A stretch of DNA of 64,000 nt from positions 64,001 to 128,000 of the forward strand of contig JBEBGD010000002.1 in NCBI GenBank assembly GCA_040081625.1, written 5' to 3'. This DNA is from Chthoniobacteraceae bacterium (GTDB lineage Bacteria; Verrucomicrobiota; Verrucomicrobiia; Chthoniobacterales; Chthoniobacteraceae). Position numbers and translations under genes: made by a program. Of this stretch, positions 17,859 through 25,545 are shown one piece after another. The number at the start of each line of letters is the position of its first letter. Positions within the stretch are counted from its first letter, which is position 1. Below the pieces are notes generated by a model. That model was not told where the DNA came from, searched no databases, and saw only the letters and a list, made by a program, of their open reading frames with translations.

Positions 17859-18677
17859 TCACGTTGCTGGGAGACTCTTATCGAGCCATGAAGGCGGTTT
17901 CAGGATCTTTCTGTGCTTCCTGATCGACTTCACGCTATACGGAAGCCTCTTGGCGAGATCAGTGGCTGGGGCGTTCTTGAGCTGCTTGTCCAGGCGGAAC
18001 AGATGAAGCAACATCGCTATCGCCAAGCCATGTCTCATCGCGTCTGTGGCACTGAACCACACAGTCTCTTCCTGCTGATTAAGAGGTGCAGGAACATGCA
18101 GCCACATCCGAATGTCACGCTTTCTACCTGTGCGACGTTCAGGAGCCACGAACTCACCTTTCCGTTCCGTCTCGATCACCTTGGCTTCCTCCAGGCGGTT
18201 TATAGCATCAAGGACAGTCTGAGCGTCCTTAAAGCACCCAAGATCCTGATGAATCTGTTGGGCACTGTAGCCTGGCACCCATCGTTTACCTCGGCGCTCA
18301 TTGTAGGTGGCGCTCATGCTTCTGCTCTCGGCAATCTGCGTCTGCTGCAAGTAGCGATAGACAATGGCATCTGCCGGGCAAAGCTGGCGTGCTACGGCCA
18401 GTGCGAAACCTCGTAGGTCACCCGGCTGAGGTTCCTGCGGTGTGGTGGCGGATTGTTCTCGGTTGATCTTTGCTGATTCCAACGCAAATGCTGCCGCCGT
18501 TCTTCTCCGAACTGCCTCATCAGTGGGATCCCACGATTTGCGGTTTTGAAGGCGTTTCTCGTAGTCTTGCTTAAATGCAACCTGCTGCTCGATCGACAGT
18601 CGCCTGACAAGTATCGCAATATCGGGGGCGTCTGCCTCTATGGTGGCGAGAAGCTCCTGAATTTGTTCGGGTGTCAT
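17859..18677 (-). CDS. Putative replication initiator (winged-helix) protein
   Basis: YSAQQIHQDLGCFKDAQTVLDAINRLEEAKVIETERKG wHTH plus a C-terminal HTH (ATDLAKRLPYSVKSIRKH); ATG 18677; stop is 10 bp from the repeat region. Confidence 0.6.
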   Translation of the reverse strand: MTPEQIQELLATIEADAPDIAILVRRLSIEQQVAFKQDYEKRLQNRKSWDPTDEAVRRRTAAAFALESAKINREQSATTPQEPQPGDLRGFALAVARQLCPADAIVYRYLQQTQIAESRSMSATYNERRGKRWVPGYSAQQIHQDLGCFKDAQTVLDAINRLEEAKVIETERKGEFVAPERRTGRKRDIRMWLHVPAPLNQQEETVWFSATDAMRHGLAIAMLLHLFRLDKQLKNAPATDLAKRLPYSVKSIRKHRKILKPPSWLDKSLPAT

Positions 18678-18759
18678 AAGATTTGAGTGCTGTGAGCCGC
18701 CGGGATTGGACCGACGGCTCGCAGGTTGATTGGTCACGTTGCTGCACTTATCCCGGCAG

Positions 18760-19062
18760 CTAAGACGGATGCCACTCGATCTTCTTCCCTGTCTTTCTCT
18801 TGACCGCATCTCCAACGGCGGCTTCTAGTTCCTCATAGCCTTTCGTGCTATCATGGCCGACGTCGAGGTCGGGGTCGGCTTGCCAGACCAGGTTGCCAAC
18901 GTGGTCCTTGATATCTTCGAGGATTGCGTCTTCTCCTTCCTTTACCGGCATCCTCTTGAGAACTCTGAGGAGCGTTGTAACGACTCTCGCATTCTCAGCG
19001 AGCCGGATAGCATTCTCTTCGTAGGCTTCGAGTAGTTCGATGGCTTGCTCGTAGTATGTCAT
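18760..19062 (-). CDS. Hypothetical protein
   Basis: 100-aa acidic helical ORF in the co-oriented operon. Confidence 0.65.
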   Translation of the reverse strand: MTYYEQAIELLEAYEENAIRLAENARVVTTLLRVLKRMPVKEGEDAILEDIKDHVGNLVWQADPDLDVGHDSTKGYEELEAAVGDAVKRKTGKKIEWHPS

Positions 19063-19125
19063 AGTGGTAATGAGAAGTGGGCCGCCCCAAAAGGTTTTGA
19101 CGCCGATGGAGGCGGCCCGGTTGCG

Positions 19126-19473
19126 TTATTCCGCGGCGACCTCCACGAGTTTGATGGTGCGCTTCCCCTTTTTGCCTTCCTGCACGATCTTCTTATTCTT
19201 CACCAACTCATCGCGGGCCTTCGTCAGTGGGATCTCGGGATACACCGATTGGAGAAAGGGATAGGGAATCCCCTCCTTGAAGTGCGCGGCGATCTTGAGG
19301 ATACCGGCTTGAATGTCATCCTCTCCACCAACGCCCTTGAATTCGAGCATGGTGGTGAGGAGGTCGATGCGCTTGTCCGTCATCGTGACTTGGATTTCGG
19401 CCTGCGCTTCTTTTGCGAGGTCGAGTGCTGTCTTCTTGGAAGCCGGAGCTTCGCTGGTGTCTTTGGTAGCCAT
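19126..19473 (-). CDS. Hypothetical protein with C-terminal winged-helix-like segment
   Basis: LTKARDELVKNKKIVQEGKKGKRTIKL. Confidence 0.6.
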   Translation of the reverse strand: MATKDTSEAPASKKTALDLAKEAQAEIQVTMTDKRIDLLTTMLEFKGVGGEDDIQAGILKIAAHFKEGIPYPFLQSVYPEIPLTKARDELVKNKKIVQEGKKGKRTIKLVEVAAE

Positions 19474-19601
19474 AGGATTATGGTTCGTTTGGTGTTTTCT
19501 CCCTCCTGCGCGCTCGTGAGTGCTAAATCAAAGCGTGCAGTTGGGCTTCGCCATTGCGGCAGCGGTTCGTCCTTGCTTTAATTGGGCAGGACGAGTCGCT
19601 T

Positions 19602-19622
19602 TTTTCTCGATCATCGAGAAAA
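19602..19622. promoter_or_regulatory. Perfect palindrome, candidate operator
   Basis: TTTTCTCGAT-C-ATCGAGAAAA in the intergenic region after the AlpA-like gene. Confidence 0.55.
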
Positions 19623-19673
19623 CTGTTGTGGCGCGAGGTGCGCCGAATAGGTGAGGGTAGCGGAGGCTTCCCA

Positions 19674-19979
19674 TCATTTTCCCGCCTCCGTGATGAGTTT
19701 TCTTACCGCGTCGTATGGCACCAAAGTGACGCCACGAAGTTTACCCCGATCCCGAAGGCGCTTTAGTTGAATGAGTCCACGTTGCTCGGCGGCATAATAC
19801 CAACTTCGCGTCAGACCGAAGTGGGGGTCGCCGCCGCGTTTTGGTAGCCGATAGAATTCCGGTTTGCCAACAGCGGACTGCGTTGCTGCTTCAACTATGG
19901 CCGCACTGCGCGAAGGCGGACGGATCGGCGTATCGAGAGTTTGATGGTGGGCGGTATTTTTGTTGGGTGCCTTTGGCAT
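19674..19979 (-). CDS. AlpA/excisionase-like DNA-binding protein
   Basis: EFYRLPK...FGLTRSWYYAAEQRGLI...RGVTLVPYDAVRKLI; two genes downstream of the integrase. Confidence 0.75.
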   Translation of the reverse strand: MPKAPNKNTAHHQTLDTPIRPPSRSAAIVEAATQSAVGKPEFYRLPKRGGDPHFGLTRSWYYAAEQRGLIQLKRLRDRGKLRGVTLVPYDAVRKLITEAGK

Positions 19980-20072
19980 ACACCATCGACAAGCCGCTTT
20001 TTGCGCCTCTCTCGGGCGACATAGTTTAAATACTTCTATGACGGAAATGCGCCCACGCGCATCCCAGGAGCT

Positions 20073-20954
20073 CTAAAGGGAAGTGAGGGCCGCGAACGCC
20101 TGCTTCAACTCAAACTTTATGCCGGACTTAATATCGGCGGCACGAGGCTTTTTGACCCGCGCCTTGCTCTTCGCGATAATCGTGAGCAGCTCCGAGCATT
20201 GTTCTGGGTGTTTGTTCGTGAGCATCCACAGCATCGTCACCGCCGCATCCGTCCATTCAGCCACGCTTGTTTCTCTGACGTGACGGCCTTTTGGTAAACA
20301 AAGCTTACCTACGTAGCGCAGCAGTTGGCGGGTAGTGCGGAATGGCGGCTCAACGCCTATGAGACCGGCAAGTCTCCCGAGCCGTTCGTTGATCTCAGAG
20401 AGTAGCCGCTTCCGCGACTTGAAATATGGCGGAAGCTTGTCAAGCCATCCGTAGTGCCGAAAAAAGCGGACATCCTCTTTGGACATTCGGTATTCTCGAA
20501 TAGTGTCCAGAATTAGGGCTACTTCAATCGCCAGAGCCTTAGCGGGCGATTTGTGACGTGTCGCCCGAATCGCATCGAACGGCTCGCCGGTCCTCTTTCC
20601 CACCCCAAGATCTTTCAACAACAACTTCAAAGCCTTATCCAGATGTGGTGAATCGGAAATAGACACCGGCCAAGCTGAACAGCCGCCTGCCACATATCGT
20701 GAGGCTCCCGGCTCCTGGTCCACTATCCGAGCGAGCGTGCTTGCGATCAAGTTGCCCAATTCCACGAGCTTCGAGATTGGGGCGCAATCGAATTGAGCCT
20801 GAGATGCCAACCATTGAACATGCAACACGGCTTTGTCGTATACACTCGCGGCTTCAAGTCGTCGTTCGCCGCGCAGTTTCTCTTTTGCGGTTTGCGCTAA
20901 ACTGGCTTGTTTGATCTCGGCTTTTGTGAGGAAAGCCACCGGCTTCTTCTTCAC
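20073..20954 (-). CDS. Hypothetical basic protein coupled to the integrase
   Basis: 293-aa ORF whose GTG overlaps the integrase TGA. Confidence 0.6.
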   Translation of the reverse strand: MKKKPVAFLTKAEIKQASLAQTAKEKLRGERRLEAASVYDKAVLHVQWLASQAQFDCAPISKLVELGNLIASTLARIVDQEPGASRYVAGGCSAWPVSISDSPHLDKALKLLLKDLGVGKRTGEPFDAIRATRHKSPAKALAIEVALILDTIREYRMSKEDVRFFRHYGWLDKLPPYFKSRKRLLSEINERLGRLAGLIGVEPPFRTTRQLLRYVGKLCLPKGRHVRETSVAEWTDAAVTMLWMLTNKHPEQCSELLTIIAKSKARVKKPRAADIKSGIKFELKQAFAALTSL

Positions 20955-22096
20955 GTTAGAATGTCAGGCAGACTCGCCGCCGCCTTTTTCAAAGCCTCTT
21001 TGCCGACGTGGGTATAGTGCTCGCTCATTTGCTCCGAGTCATGGCCTACGAGTTCCATGACAACGGCGGCAGGAATACCTGCTTCTTTCATCAGCGTGAC
21101 TGCGGTGTGCCTCAAGCAATGGAACGATAGTCCGTTTTGTGCACTGCCTTTGCCACGACCCTCGCCATGCGTCTTTCGGTGGGCTTGTCGCTTCCGTAAG
21201 CCTGCTTGAGCCAATAGATCTGCGAACTGATTCGAGAGGTGGGCACTTTTGCCTTGCGTGGCGACGATTTCATAGGCCCGAGGGTGCAAAGGTTTCATCG
21301 GCTCGTCTGTAGAAGGCAACGCTTCTAAATGACGGAGCAGGGGAATGGCGATGGGCAGAATCAAACGCTTGCCGGTCTTTCTCGTCACGAGACGAATCTC
21401 TTCCTGCTCAAGATCCACATTTGCCCAAGTAAGGGCGGCAATGTCCGAAAGACGCTGCCCTGTATAAAGACCGAACAGGATCATGCTGCACCATTCCTCG
21501 CCAGCAACGGCGAGCACTGCCCGAAGTTCATCGAGCGTGAAAGGGCGTCGGTCATTGCGTTGTCCCTGACGGATTGTGTCCACAAACTCCGCAGGGTCGT
21601 CAGCGATAAGGGAATCGCGCCTTGCTGCTCGGAAAACCATGCGAAGAAACTTGACCAGATGATTTACCGTTTTTGGCGCAAGGCGTTTCGCTTGTTCGTT
21701 TCTGAAACGCAGCAAATGTTCTCGTCCGATCTCTGCGAGATCTCGATCAGCAAGAGGCCCGAGGAATTCGAGAAACTTTGATGCCGCCCCTGCGTAAAAT
21801 GACTGCGTGCTCAATGCTGTCTCTGGGCGCTTTCGCTCAAGCCAATCAGTGACGAATGCGCGCACGGTCGTCTGAACCAGCGCATCGCCCGTGATCGCCC
21901 GATGCAGTTCTGAAATCACGCGGCGAGCCTGCAATGCCGTGCGTTTCCTTCTGGCCGCATCCTCGTAGCCGTCCGCGATCTTCTGCGCGTCCTTTCGATT
22001 TGCTGTCGCCGTCGATCGCTTCAACCTGCGCCCGTTGCGATCGGTAAAGCAGGCGACCCAAAACCTTGATGTTGCGCGTTTAGTGAGGCTGGACAC
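20951..22096 (-). CDS. Tyrosine recombinase/integrase
   Basis: YTGQRLSDI (R), K, FHCLRH (HxxR), GH...SEHYTH (H/Y); N-terminal arm-binding segment SRFWVACF; GTG 22096 (TTG 22138 alternative). Confidence 0.95.
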   Translation of the reverse strand: MSSLTKRATSRFWVACFTDRNGRRLKRSTATANRKDAQKIADGYEDAARRKRTALQARRVISELHRAITGDALVQTTVRAFVTDWLERKRPETALSTQSFYAGAASKFLEFLGPLADRDLAEIGREHLLRFRNEQAKRLAPKTVNHLVKFLRMVFRAARRDSLIADDPAEFVDTIRQGQRNDRRPFTLDELRAVLAVAGEEWCSMILFGLYTGQRLSDIAALTWANVDLEQEEIRLVTRKTGKRLILPIAIPLLRHLEALPSTDEPMKPLHPRAYEIVATQGKSAHLSNQFADLLAQAGLRKRQAHRKTHGEGRGKGSAQNGLSFHCLRHTAVTLMKEAGIPAAVVMELVGHDSEQMSEHYTHVGKEALKKAAASLPDILT

Positions 22097-22199
22097 GTAG
22101 GAACGATAGTAGGAACATTCGGATACATCCACCAACACTCACAGACGGCATTTTCTCTGTTGCAAATCGTCGGCGAACATCCTTAAATGCCCTCTAGCC

Positions 22200-22229
22200 G
22201 AACAGGGGTTCGATTCCCCTCGCCTCCAC
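22200..22229 (+). other. att site: displaced 3' end of tmRNA (ssrA) or tRNA-Ala
   Basis: T-arm AGGGG-TTCGATT-CCCCT followed by acceptor strand CGCCTCC-A (U70, alanine identity); preceded by GAAC rather than a tRNA variable loop; no 5' half upstream. Confidence 0.8.
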
Positions 22230-22570
22230 TTTTCTGATTGTCAGTGAGTTACGACTGAATGAGGTCTCAACTAAGACCCTGTCCTCCAAGACCCGTGGAG
22301 GTCCGTAGATATCCACGCGGATCAAATCTCCGCCGAGTCCGCACGCGCGCGGTGAACCGCGATCATGGCGTTACTTTCGACGACGCAGGGCAGGCAGGAT
22401 GAAAGGACGAAGTGCCCGCAGATGGAATTAACGGATGTGCGGACTATACGCACACCGCTCTCCGGAGCGCTGCCGACGGTCTTCCTCACACGCGCCCGGA
22501 TCTCGCCGTGCCTTTCCCCCCTCCCATTTCCCCCGCTGATTCGCTTCTCAAACCCTTGATGATCGAGGCT

Positions 22571-22646
22571 TGGAGCGGGTGACGAGACTCGAACTCGCGA
22601 CATCTTCCTTGGCAAGGAAGTGCTCTACCAACTGAGCTACACCCGC
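22571..22646 (-). tRNA. tRNA-Gly (GCC)
   Basis: GCGGGTGTAGCTCAGTTGGTAGAGC ACTTCC TTGCCAA GGAAG...GTTCGAGTC...CCCGCTCCA; 76 nt with encoded CCA. Confidence 0.97.
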
Positions 22647-22785
22647 GTGACTTGGGCGCGGAAAGTAGGAGGCGCGCCGGGGCTTGCAAATGGTTTTTTG
22701 GCGCGTGTCGGCTCGATCGGGTGGTTAAGGCGCGCGGCGTTCCGTGGTTGTTTCCATCACGCTCTCATCGACCTTTTCGAACCCC

Positions 22786-25491
22786 ATGAAGCCACTGCTG
22801 ATCCTGTCCTTCACCCTGCTCACGCTGCCGTGGACGGCTGCGGCCAGCCCGCTCGCGGCGCAGGTGCGCGCGCTGCTCAACGACAAGTGTCTCGCCTGCC
22901 ACGGCGACGACGCGGAGAAGATCAAGGGCGACTACGACATGCGCACGCGCGAGGGCACGCTGAAGGGCGGCGAGAGCGGCGAGGCCGCGGTGGTGCCCGG
23001 CCAGCCGGAGAAGAGCCCGCTCTTTCTCGCAGTCACCCGGCGCGACAAGGACTTCGCGATGCCGCCGAAGGAAAACGAGAAGCTCTCGCCGGAGCAGGTC
23101 GAGCTGCTGCGCAAGTGGATCGCCGGGGGCGCTGAGTGGACCGACGCCGTGGCGAAGCCGAAGTGGGATGCTGCCGACGGGGTCACGGTCGCGACCAGCG
23201 GCGGACAGTCGGGTGATTGGAATGATCGCCGTTACAAGCCGGAGGAGGTCTGGGCTTATCAGCCGATCAGGCGGCCGGCGGTTCCTGCGGCGGAAAGCAA
23301 GCATCCGATCGACGCCTTTATCCTCGAGAAGCTCGCGGAAAAGTTGATCGCCGGGTTCGCCCTGCCGGCTGACAAACTCACGCTGCTGCGGCGCGCGACC
23401 TTCGACCTCACCGGGTTGCCGCCGACGACCGGGGAGATCGACGCATTCCTGAAGGATACGTCGCCGGACGCGTTCGCCGCCGTGCTCACGCGGCTGCTCG
23501 AAAGCCCGCGCTACGGCGAGCAGCAGGCGCGGCACTGGCTCGATGTCGTGCGATACGCGGACACGAGCGGTTTCTCGAACGACTACGAGCGGCCGAACGC
23601 GTGGCGCTATCGCGATTACGTGATCCGCTCGTTCAATTCGGACAAACGTTTCGATCGTTTCATCCTCGAGCAGATCGCCGGCGACGAACTCGAGCCAAAC
23701 AACCCGGAGATGGCGATCGCTGTCGGCTTCCTGCGCTCCGGCCCGTGGGAGCACACGGCCATGACGGTCGCCGCGATCACGCGCCAGCAGTTCCTCGACG
23801 ATGTCACCCACGCGGTCGGCGTCACCTTCCTCGGCCAGGGCCTGCGCTGCTGCCAGTGCCACGATCACAAGTTCGATCCGCTGCCCACGCGCGACTACTA
23901 CGCGATCCAGGCCGTCTTCGCGCCGACGCAGTTCGCGGAGCGGGACGTGCCGTTTCTGCCGGTGGAAAACACGCGCGGGATCGACGACGGGCGCGCACCG
24001 GTGCAGGCGCGACTGGCGCTGATCCACGAGCGCTCCGCGGCGCTGAAGAAAAAGAGCGAGGATGGAATGGCTGCGTGGCTCGCCGGGCGCGGGGTGAAGT
24101 CGATCGACGAACTGCCGGAGAAGGAGCGCCCGCGCAAAGACTACCTCGGCGCCACCTCCGGGCTCACGAAGACCGACCTTTCGCTGCGCAAGATTTACGA
24201 GAAGTCCCGCGCGTATCTCGAGCGCGAACTCAAGCGCTTCGAGCCGCTGGCCTTCTCGGTCTATTCCGGCGTGGACAACAAATACACTTCGACCAAGCCC
24301 GTGAACCCGATGCCTGCGCAGACGCTCGGCGCGGTCGCCGCCGTCCACATTCTCGCGAATGGCTCGCTCGAGTCGCCGGCGGAGGAAGTGAAGCCCGGGG
24401 TGATCAGCGCGATGGCCGGCGCGCGCGACACCGTGCTGCCGGACGCGACGGAGGGGCGCCGTCTCGCGCTCGCACGCTGGATCGCGAGCCCGGAGAACAC
24501 GCTCACCGCGCGCGTCATCGTGAACCGGATCTGGCAACAGCACTTCGGCCACGGCCTCGTCGCGACGCCGAACAACCTCGGCAAAATGGGCGCGCGCCCG
24601 ACGCATCCCGAGTTGCTCGACTGGCTGGCGACGCGGTTCGTCGAGCGAGGCTGGTCGATCAAGGAACTCCACCGGCTGATCATGACCTCGCAGACTTATC
24701 AGCAGGCGAGCACCCGCGACGACGTTGAGAAGATTCGGGCGCTCGACTCGAAGAACTCGCTCCTGGCTTACTTCCCCGCGCGTCGGCTCGCCGCGGAGGA
24801 GATCCGCGACGCGATGCTCGCGCTGACCGGCGAGTTGAATCCCGAGATGGGCGGCCCCGGAGTCTTCCCCGAGATCAATTGGGAAGTCGCCGCGCAGCCG
24901 CGGCACATCATGGGCTCGGTCGCCCCGGCGTATCTGCCCTCGCGCACGCCGCAGGAGCGCCATCGGCGGACGATCTACGCCTTCCGCTACCGCACGCTCA
25001 GCGACCCGATGCTCGAAGTCTTCAACCGCCCCGGCAGCGAGATCTCGTGCGAAGTCCGAGACCAGACGACCGTCACGCCGCAGGTCTTTGCGCTGTTCAA
25101 TAGCGAGTTCACGCACAACCGCGCGCTCGCGCTCGCCGCCGCCATTGGGAAATCCGAGGCGACGACCGACGCGCGGATCGCGAAAGTTTTCCGCACCGTC
25201 CACGGCCGCGCGCCGTCGGCGGGGGAGGCGAAGGCGTGCGCCGCGCATTTCGAGAAGCTGCTCGCGCATCATCGCGCGCACCCGCCGCAGCCCGTCGCGC
25301 TGCCGATGAAAGTGAAGCGGCAGATGGTCGAGGAACTCACCGGCGAGACCGTCGAGTGGGAGGAGGACCTGCCGGGGATGGATCGATACCAGCGCGACCT
25401 GATGCCGTGGGAAGTCGCGCCGGAGACGCGCGCCTTCGCCGAGGTCTGCCTAGCGCTGCTCAACTCGAACGAGTTTCTCTACCTGCGCTGA
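22786..25491 (+). CDS. Planctomycete cytochrome c / DUF1549 / DUF1553 (PSD1) protein
   Basis: Signal peptide, CLACH, HPIDAF, WLDVVRYADT, CCQCHDHKFDP, RVIVNRIWQQHFG, PTHPELLDWLA. Confidence 0.92.
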   Translation: MKPLLILSFTLLTLPWTAAASPLAAQVRALLNDKCLACHGDDAEKIKGDYDMRTREGTLKGGESGEAAVVPGQPEKSPLFLAVTRRDKDFAMPPKENEKLSPEQVELLRKWIAGGAEWTDAVAKPKWDAADGVTVATSGGQSGDWNDRRYKPEEVWAYQPIRRPAVPAAESKHPIDAFILEKLAEKLIAGFALPADKLTLLRRATFDLTGLPPTTGEIDAFLKDTSPDAFAAVLTRLLESPRYGEQQARHWLDVVRYADTSGFSNDYERPNAWRYRDYVIRSFNSDKRFDRFILEQIAGDELEPNNPEMAIAVGFLRSGPWEHTAMTVAAITRQQFLDDVTHAVGVTFLGQGLRCCQCHDHKFDPLPTRDYYAIQAVFAPTQFAERDVPFLPVENTRGIDDGRAPVQARLALIHERSAALKKKSEDGMAAWLAGRGVKSIDELPEKERPRKDYLGATSGLTKTDLSLRKIYEKSRAYLERELKRFEPLAFSVYSGVDNKYTSTKPVNPMPAQTLGAVAAVHILANGSLESPAEEVKPGVISAMAGARDTVLPDATEGRRLALARWIASPENTLTARVIVNRIWQQHFGHGLVATPNNLGKMGARPTHPELLDWLATRFVERGWSIKELHRLIMTSQTYQQASTRDDVEKIRALDSKNSLLAYFPARRLAAEEIRDAMLALTGELNPEMGGPGVFPEINWEVAAQPRHIMGSVAPAYLPSRTPQERHRRTIYAFRYRTLSDPMLEVFNRPGSEISCEVRDQTTVTPQVFALFNSEFTHNRALALAAAIGKSEATTDARIAKVFRTVHGRAPSAGEAKACAAHFEKLLAHHRAHPPQPVALPMKVKRQMVEELTGETVEWEEDLPGMDRYQRDLMPWEVAPETRAFAEVCLALLNSNEFLYLR

Positions 25492-25545
25492 GGCCGCCGC
25501 ATTTCTTTCTCGCCGCGGAAAAGATTCCGCGCACGATGCGCCGCC

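Larger units (their letters stand above)
1..22229. mobile_element. Integrative element/genomic island (right part; left end outside window), inserted at tmRNA or tRNA-Ala
   Basis: Visibly lower GC and different codon use than the sequence after ~22300; terminal tyrosine integrase next to a tRNA-like 3' fragment; AlpA/Xis-like, Rep-like, DUF932 and restriction genes inside. Confidence 0.9.

Noticed and set aside
19500..19526. CIRCE element
   Set aside because: Only one half-site (GAGTGCTAA, 19518-19526); no partner 9 bp away
21850..22400. Intact or permuted (two-piece) tmRNA gene
   Set aside because: No matching 5' GGGGGCG strand upstream (integrase coding) or downstream; only the 3' fragment is present
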